A DNA stretch of 41,966 nt from a virus. Its lineage: Duplodnaviria > Caudoviricetes. The stretch spans positions 1 to 41,966 of the IMG/VR virus record IMGVR_UViG_3300037461_000435; one strand, written 5' to 3'. The notes below the pieces were generated by a model, which made no database searches, was not told the origin of the DNA, and worked only from the letters and a program-made list of their open reading frames with translations. Position 1 is the stretch's first letter. Every line of letters starts with the position of its first letter. A program made the translations under genes and the position numbers. Positions 9,190 through 19,261 of the stretch are shown in pieces.

Positions 9190-11200
9190 AGACATCAAAT
9201 ACAGCATAGGCGCCGATTCATCGCAGCTGATCACCGAGCTGACGAAGGCCCAGGCCAAGCTGAAAGAGATGAACAAGGCCATGCAGGATAAAAAGCAATC
9301 CGGCACCGACCTGACCTCGATGTTCGGCCGCATGGGTACGGCCCTCCGGGGATTGATGGCCGGCGCCGTCGTCATGGCGATCGGCAAGTTTGTGGAGTTC
9401 GCCGGCAAGGTGGATTCGGTCACCCGGGCCTACCAGGGGCTGGCCGCCGGGGTGCAGGGCGGGTCCCAGGCGCTCCTGCAATCGGTCAGCACCGCGGCCA
9501 GGGGCACCATGTCGCAGCTCGATATCATGGAGCGGTCCAATCTCGCCCTGCAGCTCATGGGCGAGGAGGTGGCCGACAAGCTGCCCCAGATGGCAGAGAT
9601 CGCTCTGGCTACCGCGCGGGCCACAGGGCGCAGCGTGGCCGATGCCTATAATGATATCATCGTCGCGGCCGGCCGCGGGTCCGTGCTGATCCTCGACAAT
9701 CTGGGGGTGTCCTCGGAGGCCGCGAAACGGTATATGAACCAGTATGCCGCATCGCTCCATAAGACACTCGACCAGCTCACGGAATCCGAAAAGAAACAGG
9801 CGTTTTTCAACGCGGTCATGCGCGCAGGCAATGACCTGGTGCAGCGCACCGATCTATCCGTGCTCACCCTGGGGGAGCGCCTGCAGATCCTCAAGGCGCA
9901 GGCCGAGAACGTGGCCACCAGTTTTACCCGCCGCGTGACGCCTGCCCTCAACGAGGTGATGTCCACGCTCACCCGGCCCGGTGAGGACCAGGGCGGCTCC
10001 TCCATCACCGACGTGTTCGGGGAAATGGCGCAGAAGGGGGTGCTCTTTGTTGCCATGCTGCTGGAGGCGCTGCGCAGCCTGGGGGATTACTGGGACATGC
10101 TCTGGGGAACCATCGCGAATCGGTTTTACACCGCGCTCCAGTGGATGATCAGCAAGATGCGCTCTGCCGCGGAATCGCTGGGCATGGACACCATCGCCCA
10201 GCAACTCCTGCGCGCCGAGGTCGGCCTGGACCGCCGCGCGGCCTTTGCCCAGGACAGGGTGAATGAGGCCAACATGTCGGCATCGGTCCAGCGGGTGCGC
10301 GAGCTCCAGCGCATGCTCAGGTTCGGGATTGACACCGCAGCTGGCGGCACCACCGGCGGAAGAAGGCCGGGCGGGGCGGACACCCAGGCGGGAGGAGGCG
10401 GGGGAGGCGACCGCAAGCGGCGGGAATTATCATTATCGGAATATTATGAATATCTGGGCATGATGATGGATGCCGAGCTCGCCAAGGAAGAGGAGCGCGC
10501 GGCAAAACTCCTTGAAATCGAAAACCTCACCCAGGAGCAGCGCACCGCCATCCAGGAGGCCCATGAGCGCCGGCGCTCCGAAATCATGCAGAAATATGAC
10601 GTATTCCGCCGCACCATGGTGGAGGAATCCACGGCGGCGCTGACCGCGGCCCTCAATCAATTTGAAAGCTCGACCAAGAACGCCCTCAAGGAAACGCTGT
10701 TCGGAGACGGAGGGTGGGGCGAGTGGCGCAAGAAAATGAAAGAGATGCTCCAGCAGCTGGTGGTGGATCTCATGTGGGCGACCGCCAAGGCCCTGGCATT
10801 GAAGGCGGTGACCGGGAGCATATCGGGGACCGGCGGCGCCGAGGGGTCCCTGGTGAGCGCGGTGGTCAATCGCATGTTCGCCCGCGGCAACGTGCCGACG
10901 CTGGCCCGGGGGCGGGTCCCCATCCTGGCGGGCGGGAATATCCCCTCGGGCCATGAACTGGTTTGGATGGATTACCGCCGCGAGGCGGTCATCAACGCGC
11001 AATCCACCCGGAAATACAATGACCTGCTGAGGTCGATCAACAACAACCCCAACGGCGGGGCCGGGGGCGGCGTGACCCAGCATATATCATTCAGCGGGAA
11101 CGTGATGAATCAGGAATTTATCGACCGCGTGGTGATCCCCAAGCTCAAGGACGCGGCCCGCCGCGAGGGCACCGATTTATTCAGAAGGCAGGGGCTCTGA
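9176..11200 (+). CDS. Tail tape measure protein
   Basis: 674 aa, Ala-rich and helical; AAGRGSVLILDNLG motif; EAVINAQST near the C-terminus; follows the chaperone. Confidence 0.9.
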   Translation: MATGKDIKYSIGADSSQLITELTKAQAKLKEMNKAMQDKKQSGTDLTSMFGRMGTALRGLMAGAVVMAIGKFVEFAGKVDSVTRAYQGLAAGVQGGSQALLQSVSTAARGTMSQLDIMERSNLALQLMGEEVADKLPQMAEIALATARATGRSVADAYNDIIVAAGRGSVLILDNLGVSSEAAKRYMNQYAASLHKTLDQLTESEKKQAFFNAVMRAGNDLVQRTDLSVLTLGERLQILKAQAENVATSFTRRVTPALNEVMSTLTRPGEDQGGSSITDVFGEMAQKGVLFVAMLLEALRSLGDYWDMLWGTIANRFYTALQWMISKMRSAAESLGMDTIAQQLLRAEVGLDRRAAFAQDRVNEANMSASVQRVRELQRMLRFGIDTAAGGTTGGRRPGGADTQAGGGGGGDRKRRELSLSEYYEYLGMMMDAELAKEEERAAKLLEIENLTQEQRTAIQEAHERRRSEIMQKYDVFRRTMVEESTAALTAALNQFESSTKNALKETLFGDGGWGEWRKKMKEMLQQLVVDLMWATAKALALKAVTGSISGTGGAEGSLVSAVVNRMFARGNVPTLARGRVPILAGGNIPSGHELVWMDYRREAVINAQSTRKYNDLLRSINNNPNGGAGGGVTQHISFSGNVMNQEFIDRVVIPKLKDAARREGTDLFRRQGL

Positions 11201-11201
11201 T

Positions 11202-12578
11202 ATGTATTACTGGCGCTATGGGTTCACCTCCACCTATCTCGAGACCCTGCTCACCATCATCGGGTCAACCCAGGATATTGACACATCCTACCTGGAAACA
11301 AATGACGACACCAACTGTATTTATGTCGCCTGGACAGGCGATGATGGGGACGCCGGTACGCAGGCGGAACCGGTGCGCACCATCGAGCAGGCGCTGACAC
11401 TGGCGGCCGGGGACACTGATATATCCGTCATCACCATCCTGGACAGCAATACCTATGACACCAACATCACCGGCGATAATTATATCAATCTGGTGGGCAT
11501 TACGCTCCAGGGGGCGGCAGGTCAAAGCCCGGTACTGGTGGTGGACACATCGGCCCAGAATTACATGGTGAAGATATCGGGCGCCGGTAAGCTGATCAAT
11601 GTGCAACTATCGATCGAGGACAGCGGGAACCAGATCACGGGGATCGAGATCGAAAGCGGTACAGTTAAAAATGTAACCATATTTGGCGCCACCAGGGAAG
11701 GAATCAGCGTGCCGGCCGGATCCACAACGGTCGCCATTGACAATACATATATTTATTCCAGCCTGAACCGCGGCACCACCGACGGCAACGCGGTCAAGAT
11801 CGCCGAGGGAACCGTGACCTTGACTCGATGCCTGCTGGTTGATAACCATCGGGCGGGGATCTATTGCACCGGCGCCGATGTAAAAACCGTGACCATTGAT
11901 TATTGCACCATCGCCGGCAATCAATACGGGGTGCATGCCTACAGTTCAACCAATGCCGCGATCGAGGTGGACAACTCCATCCTGTTTGAAAACGATATCG
12001 CCGATTATTACCACGATTCGATCACCGTGGACGATTCCTGCATTGGATCGATATCCGGACTGGCGGAGTTCGAGCGGATCCTCTTCAATCCACTATTTAT
12101 TGGCGGTGGCGATTACAGGATCCGCACGCTCCAGAATGGATATACCGACGGCAGCTATATCAGCCCGGTGATCAGCCAATCGGATACCGGGAAAGATCTG
12201 GGGTGCTATGATTACGAGCGCACCACGGAAAGCACCATCTATACTGAGTTTATCACCGAGCGGCCGATCACCTTCCGCAAAACTGATGTTGCCCTCGATG
12301 CGACGTTGAAATACACCAATACCCTGGTGGCGCGGCAAACGGACAAGGGCATTATCAGCAAATTATATCTTGGCTGGGATCAGATTGTTGACGAACAGTT
12401 CGAGAACCTGCAAGACATGTATGCCGCGGGCGGAACCATCTATCTATCCATTGACAATGGGCTCAATTTTACGGCGTATAAAATCGACAAAACCCAGCCG
12501 CTGGAATATTCCAGAACCACCAATATCGATGATATGGATTACCAGGCTGGGGTTGGCCTGGGGTTGATCGTGGCATGA
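11202..12578 (+). CDS. Tail-tip protein: right-handed beta-helix plus C-terminal Dit-like region
   Basis: GTQAEPVRTIEQAL cap, parallel beta-helix repeats, NPLF...DYRI...DLGCY closure; occupies the Dit position after TMP. Confidence 0.65.
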   Translation: MYYWRYGFTSTYLETLLTIIGSTQDIDTSYLETNDDTNCIYVAWTGDDGDAGTQAEPVRTIEQALTLAAGDTDISVITILDSNTYDTNITGDNYINLVGITLQGAAGQSPVLVVDTSAQNYMVKISGAGKLINVQLSIEDSGNQITGIEIESGTVKNVTIFGATREGISVPAGSTTVAIDNTYIYSSLNRGTTDGNAVKIAEGTVTLTRCLLVDNHRAGIYCTGADVKTVTIDYCTIAGNQYGVHAYSSTNAAIEVDNSILFENDIADYYHDSITVDDSCIGSISGLAEFERILFNPLFIGGGDYRIRTLQNGYTDGSYISPVISQSDTGKDLGCYDYERTTESTIYTEFITERPITFRKTDVALDATLKYTNTLVARQTDKGIISKLYLGWDQIVDEQFENLQDMYAAGGTIYLSIDNGLNFTAYKIDKTQPLEYSRTTNIDDMDYQAGVGLGLIVA

Positions 12579-15500
12579 AGTACACGCTCAACAATATTGA
12601 CATATCGCCCCATGTGATCGGTTTTACCAACGTCAGATATCGCGTGGGAAAGACCCGGAACCTTTCACCCAACTCGGCCACTATAACGCTGGCCAATACC
12701 GACAATCTCTTTTCGCCCGAAAATGTCAATTCTTACCTATACGCATATCGTCGACGCTATGACCAGGTGACCGTCAAGATTGAGACCGATGACGGTGTGC
12801 TGGTATGGCATGGGGTGCTGGATAACGTGGTGCGGGATATCGACGGCGCCACGGTCACCCTGGAAACCACCGAAACCATCAGCAAGATCACCGAGCAGAT
12901 CAATATCGACTATCAGGCGGGCGATGGCTTTGCCGGGACCATGGCCCACCAGGGAGAAACCGAGCCAGCCACCCACCAGCTGGCAATCGCCCGGCGGTAT
13001 TTTGACGACTCCTATCTTGACGTTGGGGCCTTCCTGGCGGCAATCGAGGAGCAGAGCGCCGATGGGATCACCTGCGAAGTAACGGTCACCTCGGATGATA
13101 CCATCAAGCCGCTGGATCTCATCAAGGCATTATGCTTTGATTGCTATCGACTGACGATTTATAATAACCGGTTATCGATTCTGAAAGAGCGGGTATTTGA
13201 CGGCAACTATGGCTTTTATTTGCCCGATGAATTGATCATTGATTCCGGCATCATACAAAAACAGAAGTATGAATCCTATACCAGGTATGCCATCACCTGC
13301 ATGAATGGCACGGACATTGAAACATATGAGGGCACCATTGGCGATTCGGGGAACGGGACCGCCGACGCCACCACGCTGACGGACGCGGGCGCCTCCTGGG
13401 ATGAGAACGAGCTGGCGGGGCAGTTTGTTGAAATCAATGACGCATTGATCCTTGAAATCACCGAAAACACACCCACAATTATCAGGTTTGCAGGCAATAC
13501 CGAGATCGGAGCGGTCACCTACAAGGTGCTTGAAAATAACAATTTGTATTCCGCGGATTATTCCACCGGGAAATTGGTGCTCACCGACGGCGCCGACGAA
13601 ATAGGGGTGGCGATCCTGAGCACCCAGAAAGCCCAGCGGCTCATCATCAGGAATATCATGGTGGCCGATAGCCTTCCCTTGCTCCCCGGCGATACCATTA
13701 CCATCCGCTATGAGGATGAGGGATTGATCTATAAGCCGTTTGAAATCGTGGAGCTCGAGCACCGGCCCGAGGAGCGCGTGTATATTCTGGACATCGAGGA
13801 CTTGACCATCTTCGATGATACCGACACCATCGAGCCACCCGAGTCAGTGCTTGACCTCGAGGGCATCCGCCAGGAAAACACCGCGAAACTCTGGTGGACC
13901 GCGATCACTAACGCCACGCATTATCGGATTTATCAATCCACCAACGGCCAGGATTACCATCTGGTGTCCACCACCACCACGGCATCGGATACCATCGAGG
14001 ACCTGTTCAGGTGGATCGGATATTATTTTTATGTGACCGCGGTGAATGCGTATGGCATGGAATCCGGAAGATCAAACATCCTGATTCTCGCCAAGCAGGA
14101 AGATGAGGCCGGATATATTGACGGATCCGATGGGCCCAACATGGAGCAATACGAGAAATGGGGGATCCTCGAAGCCTATCATTTTTTAATCTGCTATAAA
14201 AACCTGATCGGCAATGACATCGGCTACCTGGTGAAAAGCGAGGTGGCCGTGCTGGACAAATCGCAAAAGCAGGGCGCCAGCGATATCAGCCAGACGTGGG
14301 CGGAGGATGCCCTGTCCTCGACCGCGCGGACATTCGGGTATATCGACACCGCGGGCATTTCGACATATAGCCCCTATTACAAAAACACCGCCGGCGTGAT
14401 ATCGGTCATCAACTCGCTGGATATTCCCCTCACGCTCGATGGCACCACCTATGCCGCCGGCGCGGATCTCACCGATTCCGATGATTGGTTCATCGTGGAC
14501 GGCCTCGGTGATTATATGACCTATTGGTTTGGCACGGGTTACATGGCCGACATCATGCAAACCGGGTGGCGGGATTGGTTCAAGGTATTCCATATCGATC
14601 GGACCATGGGGATATTTGATTCCGGCACCTGTTCGGGAACGGGGACGCTGACCGATGCGACCAAGACCTGGAACAATGACCAATGGATCGGATATTATAT
14701 CAAGCTGGGCGCGGAATGGTATAAGATCACCGACAATACCGCCAACACCATCACCATTGACGATGCAACTGTTTTCACGGATGCGGCGTATATCATCAAC
14801 TCGGAACCATATTCGGGATTCAAGGGTGTGTTCCTGGATGACGTGTGGGACCATATCATCATCAATTATACCGATATCAAGGACGCGACCGACAGCAATG
14901 TCACCAGCGATTGGGCCGGCGCCACCTGGGTCACCGACACATCCAAATCCTGGACGGTGAACGAATGGGCCGGCTACCAGGTCCAGATCGCCGGCGCGGG
15001 CCCATGGTTTAACATTACCGACAATACCGCCGACACCATCAATTTTGACGGGCCCAATGGGAACGTGGGCGCCGGCAAGGCCTATGCGATCAAGTGCAAA
15101 TTCGAGGTTGATAATGGCGTGACCTATGCCGAGGCAATGACCGATTTCCTCGCCGAGATCAGGGCCCATGTCGAAACCAGGTCGATTGAATACGAGGGGA
15201 GCACCGCCAGGCTGGCCCAGGGTGTGATCATGTTGAATACCTGGCCGATCGACTTTGCCAACTACCAGGATTTTGTCGATGCCATCAACCTGAATTATCA
15301 CCATTATGTGATGTTTGAGGCCTTGCAATGCACCTGGATCATGGCCAACGAGGTCACCAAGCAGTTCAAGATAAACGACTGGCACCAGGCGCTTGATCGA
15401 TACGACCAGATGAAGCTCACCAATGTGCGCCTGGCCACGCTGGGATATCCTCCCCACCAGCAGATGTATCTGGCGCACCTGGCCGCGGGGATGCTGCTCT

Positions 15501-18500
15501 CAAAATATAGCGACAAGATCGAGGACATTATCAGCGGCAGCAACATCGTCCTTGACCAGATATTTTATGACATGCTCATGGCCCGCGGACTGGAAACAAA
15601 ATTCACCGTGGGGATCCCCGATTCAGGTTACGAGGACAGCTACAACGCGGCCAATTATGATCATTATGCGGTCCATTGGAGGAAGTTTACCGGGGCATAT
15701 GTATATTTCAACCCCGCCCGCAAGGTGCGCAAACTCGAGGTAATCCCAACCGAGGAACTCATTTCCTACCATACCGGCGACGCCCGGGAGAACGGGACCG
15801 CATATGATCTGTATCTTCCGCCATGGTCCATGGAGGCCCTATTCAGGCCAACCATGGCCGGCAGGATTGCCGCCCTGTTTCTCTCCGAATATCATCCCTA
15901 TACCTATATCGACTGCAACGCGGCCTGGGTAATCTTTACCGCAGCCGGCGCCGCGGCTATCGGGACCAGCTCTGTTTGGATCAACAACGGTCATGGGCAT
16001 CACAAAAAGTTCATTATTGACGGCACGGCCACCATACCCGAGGGCGAGCCCTCACAATTATTCCATGCCGGGGATGGCGCGGCCACATCGGTCACCGGAT
16101 ATGACGCCGACACGGAAGCCATCGTGGGTACCGGCATCAACAGCGCGGTGACCCTGACATCGAAAACCATCTACGCGGTGCCGTTTGTCGAGATCACCGG
16201 CGGGGCCGCACTGGTGCCGGGGACTGATTATCTGGTTGAATACAAGGAAAGTGAAAACAATGCGATCGATAAAGGCATCTGGGAAACCGATATATATTTC
16301 CTGACCGACCAGACAGGAGTAAACCTGACGGTATATTTTTACGAGCAGGGCCTGGGCGGGGATGGATATCCAGATCCGGATTATGAGCGCGTTGAGCATG
16401 GAATCCTATACCGCGAGGCAACCGGCTTTGAGCTGATCACCGGCGATATCGATTACGCGGATTGCGGCACCACCCTGGAGGAGGGGACTGATTATTTTCT
16501 TATCCCTGAAATCATCCGCTGGAAATGGGAATATCGTATAAAGAACCCATTCTCAATCGTGGGCGCCATGACCGGCGATCCGCCGGCAATCAACACCAGG
16601 AATATTATCAGCAGCGACACCCCGGGGGTGCGAAAAATCCAATGGGGCGATGTGGACGCCGACAACGTGATCCTGGTAGATGCGGCCCATACCTCGGCTA
16701 CCAGTTATAACGGAAAAAAGCTCTCCTATGGGTCCAAGACCGTCACCAAGCCCAAGGTGCTGATCTACGGGTTCACCAAGGACCCGCGGGATGCCAGCTA
16801 CGCCACCAAGGCGGTGGCCGATAGGACATTCAACAAGTGGCGCACCGAGAACCTGATCGACCGCGAGGATGGCGTACTCTATGACGATGTGGTGATCACC
16901 GGGTATTATGACGGCATCGAGGATCCGGTGGATACCGGCGCATGGGGATCCATCCAGGGTTGGATGGACGCTGAAAGCAAGACCTATGCCGAGGCCCAGG
17001 CATATTTCGACGTGGTCATCATCCTGGATAATTTCCTCGAGGCCAGCGCGGGATCGGCCTCAACACGGGAGCAATGGTCAAGCTGGCTGGATGAGGTGGA
17101 TTATAATTTTCTGAGCGGATTCAAATCGACCGAATCCCAAAACAAGCTGATCATCGATGTCAGGTTCGGCGGTACGGGGTTTGTGTATTATGGCGGCGTG
17201 CAGGCGATAGGGACCAGCCTGCGGAATTGGTCAACCGGCGCCGATCTCACCGATTTATACGGGGTATTATATTTTGCCTCGGCGGCGTTTTCAGACCTCA
17301 CCGATACGGATGCCGATATTTACGCGGATGAGGATGGCACCAAGTTATCTACCACGCTCCTCACCGATTACCGCATATTCAATTCCATAAAAAACATCAC
17401 TGACCACTATGCAGTACCCGTGCCGACCGACCCCGAAGAAGAAACAAGCTGGCCCTATTATAATACTTATGAAAATGGCGGCGACTCATTCAGTTATATA
17501 CCGCGATCCGCGCTGATCCGATCCGGCTATGCACAGGCCACCATATTTGAGCATAGCAAATTATACCGTCGATTATATGACATCACCGATTCGAGCGAAG
17601 AATGGATCAGCTATGAGCCTATCGAGCTGGACACCCTATATTTGCGCCATATGCCGGTATGGATCCTGCATCGCGACCTGAATTTTGGGGCGCCGTTATC
17701 GGTGTTCCAGGACGATACTGGAAACCGTGAAACCATAGAGGCTATCTATGGCTGGAGCTATACCGGCCAGATGGTGGCGGTGCCGCTGATCAAGCGCGAT
17801 CAGGACCTTGGCGCTGCCTTCATCGAGGGCAAATATTTTACCTATCCCGAGGCGATAGATGAAGACAGCGACCGGAAACTGACCGATGATTTCCAGACCT
17901 ATACGGAATGGTCTGGATATTTCGGGCATTACATTTCGAATTTTGGATCCTATGCGGGATATATCGGGGTATGGTTGCGGCCACAAAAGGATTATCATTT
18001 TTATCCATTAGGTGGTCCCAATCTCTATCCGTATTACCGGGCCACTGATGTCAACGCCTTGCTGGACTTGGGCAATGTAATAGAGTTTGATCACTGGTCG
18101 GGTGAAATATCACCGGGCTACGGCAAGGTATATGATGGATCATATATGGACCATGGACCCATACCGTTCAAACGCACTAAATCTGTATACGAGGGAAACG
18201 TCCTGAGTATACAGAAATCCACCGATGTGATCACCATCGCGACCAATATTGAAAGCGCGGATTTGCAAAATGTTAATCCCGCAACAGCATTGGCCCAGGG
18301 CATCATCACCGATGTGGATGAGGAACCGTTTGCATTCGGCATTTATATTTATAAAGTATATATCGATCTTGGGTTCGGGTATGTCGCGGACAAGAATGAA
18401 TTCAAGGGTAAATATTTATTTGTTTTTAACCGGCCCTATAAGATCGACGGCAATACCGCGGGAATCAGCATTAAATTGGAGTTATGGGAAGACGGTGACA

Positions 18501-19261
18501 TCAGTGATTATGATACATGGGTCACCACGGTTGGCTATATCCGGTCAAATGGTTCGATCCATATGTGCATGCTGTTCAACGCCACCGAGGATGAAAACAC
18601 CATATTCAACGCCCCGGTGGTCCAGGTAAATCCATCCAGTGGAACGGTTATCATTTATTCCGCGCGGATGGTGGCGGCGGCCGCCGGCCCCACGCCCGTG
18701 GGGTATATCATATTATATCCCAATGATGAAAACGAGGAAAACAATAAGACCAACTTGGGCGGCCTGGTTACGACCCTTGATATTGCGCAAACAATATATG
18801 TCGCCGGAAACGATACCGACAGGTGGGAAACATCCCTGATTGACCGGGGGCTCTCAATATTTGACCGCCATTATCAGGAGCGCATCAAGGAGTTTGCGTG
18901 TGAATATAATACCGGTCTTATTACCGGGTATGCATTCACGCGGATCGCTGAAAAGGCCCCGCTGGTGGTATGGGCCGGCGTGTCCGTGGATGATATCAAG
19001 CGCTTGATATTCAATTTCATCGGCACCACGATCCAATATACCGGGGTCACCATCACCGAGGGCGACAAGCTCTATTTGTATTATAACGCGATGACCGACA
19101 TGCTGCAGATCCTCGAGCAGGATGTGGATGATCCGATCGACTGTCCATATAAATATGGATCGTATGAGGGCATGTATTTATTGGCATTATTGGCAACACA
19201 ATCATTGAACCAATTCACCTGGGGCGTCAGCTCCTGGGGCGATGGAGGACGGTGGGCATGA
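12575..19261 (+). CDS. Giant tail-tip/central fibre protein (hub, FN3, glycoside-hydrolase-like barrel, repeated modules)
   Basis: 2228 aa; FN3 (LWWTAITNATHYRIYQS...YYFYVTAVNAYGMESGRS); FKGVFLDD, VMFE and WRKFTGAYVYFNP motifs. Confidence 0.8.
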   Translation: MKYTLNNIDISPHVIGFTNVRYRVGKTRNLSPNSATITLANTDNLFSPENVNSYLYAYRRRYDQVTVKIETDDGVLVWHGVLDNVVRDIDGATVTLETTETISKITEQINIDYQAGDGFAGTMAHQGETEPATHQLAIARRYFDDSYLDVGAFLAAIEEQSADGITCEVTVTSDDTIKPLDLIKALCFDCYRLTIYNNRLSILKERVFDGNYGFYLPDELIIDSGIIQKQKYESYTRYAITCMNGTDIETYEGTIGDSGNGTADATTLTDAGASWDENELAGQFVEINDALILEITENTPTIIRFAGNTEIGAVTYKVLENNNLYSADYSTGKLVLTDGADEIGVAILSTQKAQRLIIRNIMVADSLPLLPGDTITIRYEDEGLIYKPFEIVELEHRPEERVYILDIEDLTIFDDTDTIEPPESVLDLEGIRQENTAKLWWTAITNATHYRIYQSTNGQDYHLVSTTTTASDTIEDLFRWIGYYFYVTAVNAYGMESGRSNILILAKQEDEAGYIDGSDGPNMEQYEKWGILEAYHFLICYKNLIGNDIGYLVKSEVAVLDKSQKQGASDISQTWAEDALSSTARTFGYIDTAGISTYSPYYKNTAGVISVINSLDIPLTLDGTTYAAGADLTDSDDWFIVDGLGDYMTYWFGTGYMADIMQTGWRDWFKVFHIDRTMGIFDSGTCSGTGTLTDATKTWNNDQWIGYYIKLGAEWYKITDNTANTITIDDATVFTDAAYIINSEPYSGFKGVFLDDVWDHIIINYTDIKDATDSNVTSDWAGATWVTDTSKSWTVNEWAGYQVQIAGAGPWFNITDNTADTINFDGPNGNVGAGKAYAIKCKFEVDNGVTYAEAMTDFLAEIRAHVETRSIEYEGSTARLAQGVIMLNTWPIDFANYQDFVDAINLNYHHYVMFEALQCTWIMANEVTKQFKINDWHQALDRYDQMKLTNVRLATLGYPPHQQMYLAHLAAGMLLSKYSDKIEDIISGSNIVLDQIFYDMLMARGLETKFTVGIPDSGYEDSYNAANYDHYAVHWRKFTGAYVYFNPARKVRKLEVIPTEELISYHTGDARENGTAYDLYLPPWSMEALFRPTMAGRIAALFLSEYHPYTYIDCNAAWVIFTAAGAAAIGTSSVWINNGHGHHKKFIIDGTATIPEGEPSQLFHAGDGAATSVTGYDADTEAIVGTGINSAVTLTSKTIYAVPFVEITGGAALVPGTDYLVEYKESENNAIDKGIWETDIYFLTDQTGVNLTVYFYEQGLGGDGYPDPDYERVEHGILYREATGFELITGDIDYADCGTTLEEGTDYFLIPEIIRWKWEYRIKNPFSIVGAMTGDPPAINTRNIISSDTPGVRKIQWGDVDADNVILVDAAHTSATSYNGKKLSYGSKTVTKPKVLIYGFTKDPRDASYATKAVADRTFNKWRTENLIDREDGVLYDDVVITGYYDGIEDPVDTGAWGSIQGWMDAESKTYAEAQAYFDVVIILDNFLEASAGSASTREQWSSWLDEVDYNFLSGFKSTESQNKLIIDVRFGGTGFVYYGGVQAIGTSLRNWSTGADLTDLYGVLYFASAAFSDLTDTDADIYADEDGTKLSTTLLTDYRIFNSIKNITDHYAVPVPTDPEEETSWPYYNTYENGGDSFSYIPRSALIRSGYAQATIFEHSKLYRRLYDITDSSEEWISYEPIELDTLYLRHMPVWILHRDLNFGAPLSVFQDDTGNRETIEAIYGWSYTGQMVAVPLIKRDQDLGAAFIEGKYFTYPEAIDEDSDRKLTDDFQTYTEWSGYFGHYISNFGSYAGYIGVWLRPQKDYHFYPLGGPNLYPYYRATDVNALLDLGNVIEFDHWSGEISPGYGKVYDGSYMDHGPIPFKRTKSVYEGNVLSIQKSTDVITIATNIESADLQNVNPATALAQGIITDVDEEPFAFGIYIYKVYIDLGFGYVADKNEFKGKYLFVFNRPYKIDGNTAGISIKLELWEDGDISDYDTWVTTVGYIRSNGSIHMCMLFNATEDENTIFNAPVVQVNPSSGTVIIYSARMVAAAAGPTPVGYIILYPNDENEENNKTNLGGLVTTLDIAQTIYVAGNDTDRWETSLIDRGLSIFDRHYQERIKEFACEYNTGLITGYAFTRIAEKAPLVVWAGVSVDDIKRLIFNFIGTTIQYTGVTITEGDKLYLYYNAMTDMLQILEQDVDDPIDCPYKYGSYEGMYLLALLATQSLNQFTWGVSSWGDGGRWA

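Noticed and set aside
559-11083. Long antisense and alternate-frame ORFs over the structural genes (e.g. 559-1446, 3187-4080, 3671-4585)
   Set aside because: These are shadow ORFs expected from GC-rich codon usage, with no motifs or RBS. The 36343-37077 overlap was kept only because it carries a specific motif.
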